Below are positions 27,256 through 40,544 of a stretch of 64,000 nucleotides of DNA, piece after piece (positions within the stretch are counted from its first letter, which is position 1; each line of letters opens with the position of its first letter). The notes beneath the pieces are model-generated. The model was not told the DNA's origin, did no database searches, and saw only the letters and a program-made list of their open reading frames with translations. Both the position numbers and the translations under genes were made by a program. Source of the DNA: Octopus sinensis (Eukaryota); assembly GCF_006345805.1 (NCBI RefSeq), contig NC_043006.1:93868001-93932000 (forward strand). The letters are read 5' to 3'.

Positions 27256-27649
27256 GGCGCAGGAGTGGCTGTGTGGTAAGTGGGTTGCTTACCAACCACA
27301 TGGTTCCGGGTTCCGTCCCACTGCGTGGCTCCTTGGGCGTATGTATATATATATATATATATATATATAAGTTAATCCAAACAAGAAAGCACAAAAAAAC
27401 ACAACAACGCGTATTATGGATGCTCATGAAAGAAGGAAAGGAGGAGGGTTAACGTTTCGAGCAAAGCTCCTCTTCAGAAACAGAGGAAAGTCCAATAGAG
27501 GAAGACGGATGGGGGCAAAAAATCGCCGATTCACACACACACACACACACATATATGTGTGTGTGTGTGTGTATGTGTGTGTATACAGATATATATATAT
27601 GTATGTATGTATGTATGTATGCATGTATATGTATATATGTATGCATACA

Positions 27650-27707
<58 letters not shown>

Positions 27708-27954
27708 ATATATATAAACATAATACATAGGGCAATAATAAATTATTATTACCAGTGGCCTAGCACAAAACACGAATTAGTCATTAGACTATATATTATT
27801 CATATATAAATACAAAAAGAGGCTTCCAAATAGGAAAGCGTTGTGCTAGAAAGAGCAGTAGAAATCTCAAAACCACAAATCTTTCTTCTTGTGGTTTTGA
27901 GATTTCTACTGCTCTTTCTATCACAACGCTTTCCTATTTGGAAGCCTCTTATTG

Positions 27955-28002
<48 letters not shown>

Positions 28003-28198
28003 CGCAGGAGTGGCTGTGTGGTAAGTGGGTTGCTTACCAACCACATGGTTCCGGGTTCCGTCCCACTGCGTGGCTCCTTGGGCGTATGTATATATATATA
28101 TATATATATATATAAAGTTAATCCAAACAAGAAAGCACAAAAAAACACAACAACGCGTATTATTGGATGCTCATGAAAGAAGGAAAGGAGGAGGGTTT
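26705..28198. repeat. Tandem duplication of a 744-bp unit
   Basis: 26705-27448 and 27449-about 28198 are nearly identical apart from microsatellite length and 1-nt indels. Junctions fall at TTAACGTTTCGAGC. Confidence 0.95.
27059..27220. repeat. 162-bp near-perfect hairpin (76-bp arms, 2 mismatches, 10-nt loop); second copy 27803-27964
   Basis: TATATAAATACAAAAAGAGGCTTCC...CTCAAAACCACAA / loop ATCTTTCTTC / TTGTGGTTTTGAG...GGAAGCCTCTTATTGTATTTATATA. Confidence 0.95.
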
Positions 28199-28559
28199 AA
28201 CGTTTCGAGCGGAGCTCTTCGTCGGAAACATAGGAGAAGGAAAGATCCAGAGAAGGGAAGACAGAGGAAAAAAAATCGCCAACGGTACACACGAGGTCAT
28301 ATATATATATATATACACACACAGAGAGTGCGACACAGACAGACAGGCAGACAGACAGACAGGCAGACAGACAGACACGCACAGTGAGGGAACAAAGGAC
28401 AACACTACAAACGAATTTTTAAATAAACTATTCCTAGTTTTATTATTTGTGTTAACAAATCAGTTTTTGGTTATCTTTGAGATAAAAGAAAATAAATGTA
28501 AGATAATTTACGATAATTATCGAATTATTATATTCTGGAAACAAAGTTTAATAGTTAAA

Positions 28560-30520
28560 AGTAACATTAGGTTTGATATTTATCTAAGAGAGACTTAAAT
28601 CTCATTCACTGTTTAGTTAACTATTGTACAACTGTTCTGAATCCTTTCTCAACCAGGTAGGAGGAAGGAAACACCAACAACAAATCAACTTCCTTCCAAA
28701 GACAGGTTTTGTTTTTATTTGCTTAAACAATAATCTCCATTATCGTCTCCGTAAAAATTCATCGCAAACATTTTTGCCGTTGGAAAGTTCGTCTTTAAAA
28801 GAATACGTTGCAATAGAAAACAGATCGATCGTTTTCTTAAAATGGCAACTTCATTAATTAACTTTCTAATTAGTGAAAGGTAATTTCTTTAAAATGCGTC
28901 ATCTAGTTTATAATTTGCTCATGTGCCTCCTTTACAGTGATATCTCTTACGGCAAGTACGTTTATGATAAAAATGTTTACGGTGATATACTTTCTGTGGA
29001 AGGCAAGGAAACTACGGTAATCCTCTCGAGAAAGCATCTCGTGAAGACATATAATGCTGGTCATTGTTTTTCTATATCAGTAGAGGCTAAATTGATCTGA
29101 GCATGTTCTTGTTGGTGGTGGATACATGCGACGGATGATGCGCGACGTTGCAGAAATCCGGATTTTACAATTCCACAGCTGCTGCCAGACGATGGTCGTC
29201 TGCTATTTCAGTGCTTTTCAGCACTGTGCGTCTATTCGAGGTGCTTTCTCAAGACGAATATTGCAGTTTTCTGGCTTTCTACAGAATATCCACGTTAAGA
29301 TTGACAGAATGCTATTTTGAACTAATATTGCTTCCGTCGGTAATAATGAAACTCGATTACTCTTTGGGTGAAATAGCATCTGAACTTCAAAGCCATTTTG
29401 CAAGACTAACAGTTCTTCAAATAGATCTACTGTGAGATTTGTTTGCATCGATCGGAAATCGATTTACAGCCAAAACTGATATTTTCAGCTCTCCAAAATT
29501 TTAAAATCTACAAACCATGTCTTTCTTCAACGCTAGAAGATGAAGATGTTAATATTCTTGGTCAGCATATATTTCCAGAAATGCCTTTTATGTGGGGAAA
29601 ATGATAGAAGTTTTGATCTACCATGTTGTAACTTGGAAATTGAACTTCGCTGAGAAATGTAATTTCTATTCTTTTGATTCAACGAGATTTTATTTCCTTG
29701 CTGTTTGAATTTCATTTGTTAAAATATCAGAAAGGCAAGAAAATCTGCTAGTTTGTTTTCAAGATACTAACATACATTGTTTCATCCATATTTCTTTTTT
29801 AAAATTCAACTTCGCAGGCAATTATCGCAGGCTTTCTTTGCTTTCGTAGCAAAGTTGTCATCTGGAGCTAAGCCAGAACTTTTGTTCTCACATATAAGAA
29901 ACTAGCTCAAAAGCCGCGCGATAGGGCGGCTTTTAAGCAAGTATATGGATGTTAAGCAACTGACCCGAATGGGAAGATCTGCAAACAGATCTCGGACTTG
30001 TTTTGGAGAATTTGTTGTAGTTGCTTCCTCTAAAGTCATATTCCAATGATGATCATATTCGTCGCAAAGATCACGTAAAAAATCGCCGAAAATTATCGCT
30101 GGATTTCGCAGCTAATTTCAATTATTTTCAAAATATATTTCCAAGTTATAAAAATTGTTATTGCACAAAAAATTTGTCTCAAAAAAATCACGTAAAAAAA
30201 TCGCCGAAAACAATTGCAGTAATGAAAACTTGGGAATCCAAAATTTCAGGATTACGGGTCCGGATTCGGTCCGGAATGTTTTTAATTTACTCACGGTGTC
30301 AGCCTGATTCCAAAATGGTATATGTCGCACTACGGCTTCTAAGAGTAAAGTTGAAAAAATGCGATACACTGACATTAGCATGTATTATATAAGATAACAA
30401 ACGACATAGTTTAGTTGTGTAAGCGGAGCTTTCCCAAACCGGAATTTGTTTAGTTCCTGCACTCAAACTGGAGAGGGTCAATGCGAAGTTACTTGATTTC
30501 TTTTTAAATTGTAAATGAAA
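28560..30520 (-). mobile_element. Heavily decayed hAT (Charlie/Buster-like) transposase remnant, with a nested Helitron
   Basis: Minus frame LWKEVDLLLVFPSSYLVEKGF at about 28640-28700 matches the hAT dimerisation motif FPxSYLVExGF. SLLPTEA at about 29330 weakly resembles LLHTEVRW. A related plus-strand piece (KQQGDKMSLVQAKGTIMTFI) lies at about 30905-31020. Confidence 0.5.
29902..30394 (-). mobile_element. Non-autonomous Helitron (493 bp) with short RepHel fragment
   Basis: 5' TCTTATATAATAC; 3' hairpin AAAAGCCGC-CCTATCGC-GCGGCTTTT then GAGCTAG; A/T site. Internal frame DHHWNMTLEEATTTNSPKQVRDLFA is RepHel-like. Confidence 0.8.
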
Positions 30521-32523
30521 TAATATTTAAAGATCAGTCCTGCTTCCAAGATCTTTGGAGGGTCTTTGAATTCTATGGACAACGGTATCACCCTTCCTTC
30601 AGATTAAGCAAATAAATGTACCACTACAACTACCATCATCGCTATCACAACCACAATCACCACCAATGTTAGTATAATCTCTACTACTTATACAACAACA
30701 ACAACTACTACAACTACTACTAGAACCTCTGCTACTCCCACTACCACTACTGTTACTACCACTACTACCGTAACCATACATACTACTATTGCTACAATTA
30801 TAACTTCTACTACTACTACTATTACTACTATTGCTACATCACTATCACAATCACCATTGCCAGAGTGAGTACTACAACCGCAACTACCAACGCTACAACC
30901 AAATATTGATTGCCTTTCTGACATTTTTAACGAAAGAATTATTCAAATTTAAACAACAGGGAGACAAGATGTCCCTTGTTCAAGCGAAAGGAACAATAAT
31001 GACATTTATTTACAAAATATCAACAACAAAGAACATACATGTATTTAGCGGTCGAGCTTTGGTCTTATTTGTTGCTTCGATTACAACCTGTAAAGCTTCA
31101 TTTAGTTTATCACGAAGACGTCTTACAGTTAAATGTTGCCTATAAATAACACAGCCACTAAGTGTAAATGACTAAGAAAAGGGAGAAATTAAGACGAAAA
31201 AAAGAATGAATTTACCTGGAAGAGTTCTGGTCGTAAGAAGGAATAATACAATGAGTTGAAAGAGAATTCCGAAGTCTGGCAATTCATGAAAAACAGCTAC
31301 GACCAGAGAAAGATTTCCTTATTCATGGAAGTACAACAGCATTTGGATGAAAGCGATGTGAGTTTCAAGTTAGGTGAGATAGTACAAAGTGATCTGGCAC
31401 AAAGAGAGAAAGTTCTTCAGAGCAATTCTTTTAGCAATAATGGTAGAAAAGACTAAATCTGGTGACGTCACGTTGATGTGACAAAGATTGCAGAGTCGAA
31501 GCAAGAGAGGGACCAATCAAATTAGGGACTCATACCTGAACCCGATCGAGGAGAGACAAGTGACAAGACGGTGCACCGGCCCAAATATGACAACAACATT
31601 CCATAAAAGGATGAATTGTGGACATGTAAAAATACAAAATTGCCTGAAATGTGAGGTAGTCCTTTGACCTACACAATGACCCAGTCTTGCAGGAAGCAGA
31701 CCTATCAATTGATTGTATGTAAGAATCCCAGAAAGATCAGGTCAGAAAATAAGGCCAAGCAGTTTCAAAGAAGATCTTTCCTCAAGTGGTTTATTAGAAT
31801 TACCTTAATTTTTTTTTTCAGTTTTGTAAATCGTTGAAAATTTTGTCTCAGATTCTAGCAACTCTTTAGTAACAGGATCACAGACCAGTAATAAAGACAC
31901 GCAGTCATGCAGGGCTGTTTCATCAAATCGTACACAAACTTCACTTGCTTTTACGCAAATCATCACAACGTTTGTTTCCAATTTAATACAACCACACTAA
32001 CCAGTGAGGATCAATATAAATAAACATAGATATATTTATATATAACACGTCAGAAAAATATTTGTGAAAGAGTCAAAACTAAAAGCTCCATATTTCCTAT
32101 ATTTCGCTTTAATTTCAATATAATTTCGTTTAATATATTAAATATTAATAATTAATACTCATTCCATACCGGTTTATATCTAAACGAAGCAAACTACGAA
32201 CATGGGACTTTGGTACATCACCAATCTGGTTTCTGCTTACCAGTAATACAAAGTCCAAATTGGAATATAATCACAACTCAGTGGCTGGTGTACAATGCTT
32301 ACGTTGAGAACGGCTACGATTTTAAAATCGTGGCATTCTAAATACCTAACGACCTCATCAGGGCCTCTTTGACATTTTTCACCCATATTCAGAATGTCAA
32401 GGGGTCGCTGTTACCTAGATTGAAGACCCGCATTGGGCAGCCCATAAAATCTCAAATTATTGCTAATTATTTGTTGATATTCTTCAGATTAGATCGGTAG
32501 AAAAATTTGCGTTCAGCAATGTG

Positions 32524-32580
<57 letters not shown>

Positions 32581-32699
32581 CGCGTATGTATGTATGTATG
32601 TATGTATGTGCGTGCATATATATATTATATTCACTATGTGTGTCTGTATAGGTATAGTATACATATAGACACACACAGACACACACACGTGTGAGCGTA

Positions 32700-33495
32700 T
32701 CTTTTATCTGTTACTTTTCCAGTAATTGGACTGCGGCCATGCTGGGGCACCGCCTTGAAGAATTTTTACTGGAATGAATTGACCCAGGTCTTTTTTGTGT
32801 CTGGTGCTTATTCTAGGAGCTGCGGAACCACTAAGTTACGGGGACGTAAACAACACCGATTACCAAGCGGTGGTAGGGAACAAGCACAGACACAAAGACG
32901 CACACGCACACACACAAAGACATACTTATTAGCAATGCACCCCGGCGTTGCTCGGGTGTTATGACCGACAGCCACATTGTATTATTTGTTTCTTTCTTAT
33001 GGGCAGATTCGGCATACGAGGAGTATGAAGCAAATAAATCTTCTTTATGAACATGTTTTTCGGTCATTTTCTGATGAACAATGCTGCAGTTTCCGTCTAC
33101 CAAATTCAGTCACGTGTCTGCGGTTTGCCTAGGGCTATAGTAGAAAACATTTGCCCAAGGTAGCGAAAGGCGGCGAGCTGGCAGAAACGTTAGCACGCCG
33201 GACGAAATGCTTAGCGGTATTTCGTCTGCCGCTACGTTCTGAGTTCAAATTCCACCGAGGTCGACTTTGCCTTTCATCCTTTCGGGGTCGATTAAATAAG
33301 TACCAGTTACGCTCTTGGGTCGATATAATCGACTTAATCCGTCTGTCTGTCCATGTTTGTCTCCTCTGTGTTTAGCCCCTTGTGGATAGTAAAGAAATAA
33401 GAAAACATTTTCCCAAGGTACCATGCAGAGGGACTGAACGTAGAACCATGTGATTATGAAGTAAACTTCTCAACCACACAGTCAGTCTTGTACCT
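32700..33495 (-). mobile_element. CORE-type SINE with nested Helitron 3' end (about 32927-33085) and family B SINE (33170-33400)
   Basis: SINE tail, core and head are recognisable around the inserts. The motif TTAGCAATGCACCCCGGCGTTGCTCGGG is at 32927. Confidence 0.65.
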
Positions 33496-33496
33496 A

Positions 33497-33555
<59 letters not shown>

Positions 33556-35497
33556 GGATCAAAGGCGTTCCTCTTTCCAACATGACTATACACAGATGAA
33601 CCACGTTATCAGAAACCTCCCTTTTCAAGACGGCGAGAGGTTATTTGAAGGCGATTAACTTATTACTTCTTGCAAAACAAGCGACCACGTAGCGGTTTCC
33701 TCGTTGACTCTTTAACGACATGAGTACCAAACAGGTGAAATATATATAAACAATGCATTCAATACATTGTAAATGCATTTGCCTGAAAGTATTCATGGTC
33801 TTATATTGTTAGTCTTCGTTCGTTAAGTGCTTTCGGAATGCTGCTTTAAGAATTGTTCTGATTGTTACAGTTCTTCGAATACATTCAGGTTATTGTTTCC
33901 GTTGTTTGTTGTTCTGGTAAAGGTTCACCTGTTATTAAGTAATACAAAATAGGCTGCGACTTTGCTTGTTATCTCCGTTGGTGGCGGTACTAGTGGTAGT
34001 GGTGATGGAGGTGATCTTCGTCATCGTCCTTCTAATGTTAGCGGTGGTGGCGGTGGCAGTGTTTGCGTGGTGTGTGTAAGTAGCGATGTCGTAAATTTTT
34101 TCTAAGTGAAATACCATTTAACAATCTGCAATTATATTTACATCGTTTTGTTTTGACGGTGGATTTTACACTGTAATTAATCACTCTGTTAATATATAAG
34201 TGTCTATATGCATGCATGCATACATACATACATACATACATACATACATACATACATACATAATGTGTGTGTATATTGACTAACGCATACATTTCTACAA
34301 TTCTCAACCGCTTTCCACCAAACTTTACACACACATTACTTGTGTCCCAAAGATGGTCATGCACTATAACATTTTGCTCTGAGCTCCCGCGTAAAGGGAC
34401 AAACCGGGGAAAACGGTAATTTACACGGGTTTTTCTCTAAATCGTTGCATGTACATAGTTTTTTTTTGTATGTAGGGTCTTCCATACTTTTTTAATCTAT
34501 ATCTTCGTGTATTGGCATTAGAGAATATTTTTAGCGGTTTTCACATTTTTTATTTATTATTTATTTATATTTTGCAATTGTATATAATTAACTTGGTTAG
34601 AGAATACTATAAAAGTGAAAGAATTTTGTTTATTTAGTTATTTCGACTGTTCACCTGCGACGGTGAATAAATTGATTAGGAACACTGTAAGCGATGAATA
34701 TCCAACACCAAACTAACTTAATCTACATACTTAAACTGCATTAAACTTTGGCAAGCTTACCTTTGCCTACTCTGAGTTACTTGAACGGTGATGTTCCTTT
34801 CCCTCTCTTTTATTTGTTGATACCATTGTTTAACTACCAATGCATTGTTTCACTTTAAGGATGTTTATTTATCCATCCATTATGATATTTCGAAAGCGAC
34901 ATCTTTTCACAGCGAACTACCAAACATACAAAGCAGTATTCGTGAACTGAAGCCAAACTCTTCATGTCTTCATTTTTCGTTACCTGAAGTCAATTTCAGG
35001 GTGGACGTACACTGTAAGCATGTAGCAAATACATTCCTTTAACTCTACTTTTTCAAGTAAGTAGTATGTTGCCATTTTTTAACGTACTAATCATACTTCT
35101 CTCCGAAAACCTGGCGCCCTTTGCTGTTGAATAAAATAAACTCGCAGACGGGAAGTTTCAACGTCTTCCTTCAAATTCCTTACACTATTTATGTTGCTGT
35201 TTCTGAAAAAATATTTCGCTTTAATGTAAAAACTATATTTGGTAGTCATTATTTGTAATCTACTCCCAAAACACTTCAGTAACTTTACTTTGCATCGCTT
35301 GCAGACTTATATGTTCTATGATTATTAAAGTGCAACGACCTCCACAGTAACCAGCCTTCAATTTGGTTTTCTGTTCCTACCTTAATTTGAAACATAGATT
35401 GCCGTACTACTTATAAACCTTCTCGGTGTTCAATTATTTGGTAAAAAAAATATTCCCAAAGCAAATTAAACCGTATGAAGGAGGGGTGCGTTTGCTA

Positions 35498-35571
<74 letters not shown>

Positions 35572-35614
35572 CATTTATGTATACATACATACATAACATA
35601 CATACATACATACA

Positions 35615-35645
<31 letters not shown>

Positions 35646-35849
35646 GTACGTACATGTATGGATCTTTTTTATCTTTTACTTGTTTCACTCATTAGATTGT
35701 GCCCATGCTGGGGCTTGAAGAATTTTTAGTTGAATGAATCAACTCCAGTACATTTTTTCTTAACAAAACACCTGCAGAACCGCTAAATTACGGAGGGTGT
35801 AAACAAACCAACACGTGCGTGGGAGACAAACACAGACACAAAGACGCAC

Positions 35850-35906
<57 letters not shown>

Positions 35907-36057
35907 ACGGGCTTCTTTCAGTTTCCTTCTAACAATCCAGTCACAAGGCTTTGGTCGGCCCGAGACTATAGTAGAAAATATTTGCCCAAGGTGCTATTCA
36001 GTGGGACTGAACCTGAACCATATGGTTGGGAAGCAAGCTTCTTACCACACAGCCATA

Positions 36058-36098
<41 letters not shown>

Positions 36099-36263
36099 AT
36101 ACATTAATGACGATTTCATTTCCATATTTTTTGTGGAAGAAGACAACTTTTAATTTATTTTATATTTTTTTTACCAACAGGCAGTATATATATGCTTATT
36201 AACCCATATACATACATACATGCATACATACATAATTACATACTTATGTAATTATATATGTAA

Positions 36264-36294
<31 letters not shown>

Positions 36295-36362
36295 CATACA
36301 TACATACATACATACATACATACATACATACATACATACATACGTACGTACGTACATACATA

Positions 36363-37085
36363 TAAACTGTCGTATAAGTTATGCAAAAATGAAAATAACA
36401 TTGACATCTCATTTTAGCAGATATATTTACCAAAATTACATAAAAATATCTTGAAATACTAAAGAGTACGTTTACTTTCAAAATCGCCATTGGCTTCAAC
36501 CTTAGCCTCCAGGCGACTTCGGAATTTCCTGCAACTCTTTTGGGCGGTCTCCTTGTTTAAGTTAATGAGTGCTGCGTTATTCTTTGCCTTCAGTTGGTGT
36601 TACAAGGAGTTTTGTTGGTCTCTCGCTCAACTGCGCCCCACACATGATAATCAAAGGGGTTGCAGTCTGGGGAGTTAGGTAGCCATATGTTAGGGGTTAT
36701 GGGATTGCAGAAATTGTCTGACAGCTGTGACTGTATTCTCCTGCTTGTGTGGCATGGTGCAGAATCCTGTTGCCAGACATGGGGTCTTCCAGCAGCCACC
36801 CTCTTGGCCCAGGGCAGCACTACCTCTTCCAGGCACTTGATGTAGGCCTCCGTGTTGAGTCTGAGGCCGTGTGGGAAGATGAATGGAGACATAACGTCGC
36901 CATCACTAGAAATCACTCTAAACACCAGGATGTTGACTGGATGTTTGCTTTTTATCACTCTCGGTACAAGTCCTTAGATTGCACTGTCCTCAAATTGACA
37001 CCCTGAAATGTTCATATTGGAGCTTCTGGCACGAATGCCAATCAGTACAGTATGTTGTTTCTAAATTTCTGGCAGAGTGAATTGT
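36363..37085 (-). mobile_element. Tc1/mariner DD37D (maT-type) transposase 3' remnant
   Basis: ORF 36590-36958(-) contains WQQDSAPCH...WLPNSPDCNPFDY, with 37 residues between the last two catalytic Asp. Confidence 0.85.
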
Positions 37086-37239
37086 GTCATGGTGGGGTTT
37101 TTCTCACAGACGGTGTCCAACTGACCCTACTATACTGTGTAGTCGACAAAACCAAAAAACAAGAATGCGCGTGCGCGAAATAAAAAATATATAGCGGTGA
37201 CAATTTACCTGTGTGAGTGTATATATATACACACACATA

Positions 37240-37454
37240 CAGTGACCCAAAAGTAGGTTTACAGTCGTCACGTAGGCACTTTAAATTTCTTTTAAAACAT
37301 TTTATTACATTTAAATTTCTATCTTACAATTAACTAAATTAGCATAGAATAATGGTTTCAAATGTTTTTGTTTTATATTTAAGATCTTAACTGTTAATAT
37401 ATGAATGCGAAAGAGATGATTGAATAACTGTAAACCTACTTTTGGGTCATCCTG
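37240..37454. mobile_element. Tc1/mariner-type MITE
   Basis: Inverted ends TGACCCAAAAGTAGGTTTACAGT / ACTGTAAACCTACTTTTGGGTCA; AT-rich interior; TA at the left flank. Confidence 0.75.
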
Positions 37455-37468
37455 GACATACATACATA

Positions 37469-37530
<62 letters not shown>

Positions 37531-37798
37531 GGTGCGTGGCTTAGTAGTTAGGGCAGTCGGCTCACGATCGTTGCTCCAGTCCATTCAGCTGACAAAAATG
37601 AGTTGTACCTTATTTCAAAGGGCCAGCTTTGTAACACTCTGTGTCACGCTGAATCTCCCTGAGAACTACGTTAAGGGCACACGTGTCTGTGGAGTGCTCA
37701 GCCACTTGCACGTTAATTTCACGAGAAAGCTATTCTGCTGCTCATATAAGCTGGTACCCTCGTCGTCGTAACCGACTGACTGCTCCAATATATATATA

Positions 37799-38108
37799 TC
37801 TTTATATATAAAACTGAAGTTGTCTGTATGAGAGTCTGTCTCCTCCGATTTAGATTCCTAACTACCCCCACATTTTGCGGTGCAGTTTAACCAAAAGCGG
37901 GTATCTTATAGTCGTGATTCATATCGAGCCCTTCTGGGTATTAGCGCGCGTCTACGATGAGTTTACGATTTAAAAAAAAATTTACCATCATTTTTTCGTT
38001 TTATTAATGCATTTTTATGCTCGGTTTATATAAGGGAAGTAACTCTCTAAAAATGCTTATATAGTTATTTCCCTTACAAACCCGAGCAACGCCGGGCGAT
38101 ACTGCTAG
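37799..38108 (+). mobile_element. Non-autonomous Helitron (family A), 310 bp
   Basis: TC start, CCCGAGCAACGCCGGG hairpin, CTAG end, A/T site. Reverse complement of the 1851-2246 family. Confidence 0.9.
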
Positions 38109-39951
38109 TATGTATATATATATATATAGTTAATCCAAACATGAAAGCACAAAGAGAAAACACAACGCGAGGACGTTGAACAAGTATAGTGTTAATGGAC
38201 GCTCAGGAAAGGAAAGAAAGGAGGATTTAACGTTTCGAGCGGAGCTCTTCGTCAGAAACATAGGAAAAGGAAAGATCCAAGGAAGGGAAGACGGAGGAAA
38301 AAAATCGCCAACGATACACACGCGGTCATCCGAGAGGATGAAATGCAGAGTCGACGTCGGAAGCATTTGAATTCAGAACATGAAGAACCGAAAGAAATAC
38401 CGCTAAGCGTTTTGTCCAACGCGCTAACGATTCCGCCATGGAAAAATAACGTTTCTGCCTTTCTTAACACAAACAGGCTTTCAGAGTATGCTCAAAGGTG
38501 CAGTTAAAGGAAGTCATGATATAGTGTCTGTCAGTCGGAACAGGACAATGGAAGTGTGTGCCTAGTTTTCGAAACTAACGTAAGGGAAGAAAATGGGCAG
38601 AGCTGGTTTGGCTGGGTTCCAAATACGTTGGAGGAAAAAACACAGGGATTAAGAGAGAATAATTGCTTGTAGTCAGGTTTTCCCTAACTCTTTTGTTACT
38701 TTTGTTGTGTTGTAGGAAGAAGTAGAGAGTAGCGAAGTGACTGCAAATGAGATTTGGTCGGATAGGTCTTTATGCAAAAGTAAGTCTTGATGACTGTTGA
38801 AGACTACGGAGCCATATCGCATAAAGTCCAGCCGTTACACGTGTAGTAGTAAGAATTGTTAAAGGATTTCGTTCCTAAAAGGAGTAAAAGCAGATGAGGA
38901 GAGATAGTAGTGAACAGCTGCAGAGACTGTAGAGAGAAAAGGTTCTGAAAGCTTCCTGGTCATGGCTTCTTAAACGGTGGATTAAGAGCAGATTAACCAG
39001 AAGCTAACGACCAAGAAGTTGAGGACAAAGATACTGAGTCACCACCCACCCCACGCAACCCTTTACCCACTTCTACCGATTCCTCGTCTTACAGAAAAGA
39101 AATGAAGAAAGTTGGGGAAATTGGAAACGAAAAAGTTGTTAAGAAAGAAAAAGAACAAACCAAACGGAAGGAATGTGGAACAAACAAATATCGGTTTACC
39201 CGTTTTCCAGAAGAAACCAAGATGAAGAAGCCCGCCTATTCTTTGGAAGCTATGAGGTTTGCAGCGGTGCCATCACAAAATGAAGATTTCAGGGACTTCT
39301 TGAAATACCTGCAGGAGAAGAATGGGATTGCTGGTGCGTGAAGAGATGAAGGCAGAGTTTAAAATGCACACGAAGGACTGACTTCAGGTGAAAACCCTAA
39401 CAAAAGTTTTCCATGAGCTATCAGGAATATGAAGGCCCCTTCCTGCCAAATTCCACAGCTGAACTGCTAACAATCACATATGAGAAGCCACTTCACTTCG
39501 TGTACAAAGGATTTGTTCATAGTAATTGATGTAGGAAGCCCTGATGCGAGTCGGGGGGGCATCTCCAGTGTGGGGATCTGTTTCATTATTTCTTTTCTTG
39601 TTTCTTGTTTAAATAACGTCTGCCTCAATTGCATCTTGTTTATACCTATTTCTTTACTACCCACAAGGAGCTAAACACAGAGGACAAACAAGGACAGACA
39701 CGGATATATCGATTATATCGACCCCAGTGCGTAACTGGTACTTATTTAATCGCTCCCGAAAGGATGAAAGGCAAAGTCGACCTCGGCGGAATTTGAACTC
39801 AAAACGTAACGGCTTGTTTATCTTGCCGTTTCTATAACAAAGTGTTGTCATATTGTTCAATGGGTATTACTACTGGTTCAACTGCGTTTATGTATATATG
39901 AACCTTGCAAGGACTGTGCAATCAAAGATGACTTTTATTTTTTACTTGCAG

Positions 39952-40042
39952 GATCTCGAAGGGAGAGTGCTCATCCTAGATTTGAAGACAACACTCTAAT
40001 CGACCCCCCTCCATTGTGCTGGTTACTTAGTCTGCATATGAG
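39952..40042 (+). CDS. Candidate internal exon (phase 1 to 2), possibly the next exon of the TMIE-like gene
   Basis: Acceptor acttttattttttacttgcAG and donor AG|GTCAGT. The 91 bp are open in the phase left by the TMIE exon: (G)SRRESAHPRFEDNTLIDPPPLCWLLSLHM. No homology recognised. Confidence 0.35.
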
Positions 40043-40544
40043 GTCAGTACCTTCCTTTATTTTCAAAGTTTTGTAGTTGTGCAGCAAGTAGCATGTCTGT
40101 TTCTATTTTTTATTCCAAAGATTGTCAACCATTATTAGAAGTCATCCAAGACGAATCCTTCTCTGTCGAGTCTTGCAGGGATCACAGAGTGGGGTTTCTC
40201 ACTACTTTTTTCAATAAACTTTTTAAAAAGTTATTTAAAAACCCGTCGAGTTGGCAGAATCGTTACACGCCAGACAAAATGTCATTAAGTATTACGTTCT
40301 GAGTTCAACTTCCAGCTTTACCTTTCCTCCTTTCCTGATCGATAAAATAAATACCAGTTAAGCATTGGCGTTGACATGATAGATTGACCCTTTCCCCCAA
40401 GTCTACGGGCGTTATGCCAAAATTGTATCCCTTTTTATCTCTCAGCGATTTAATGGTTACCTTCCTGTGGTAATGTGCCATCGGGTTTAATTTTTTAGTT
40501 TCTCTTCACAATTAAAACAACATAGTTTAGCCCAAACTACATTC

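Noticed and set aside
34362-35500. CACTA...TAGTG-bounded element
   Set aside because: Only five terminal bases match, there is no target-site duplication, and internal similarity to a transposase is too weak. Left unresolved.
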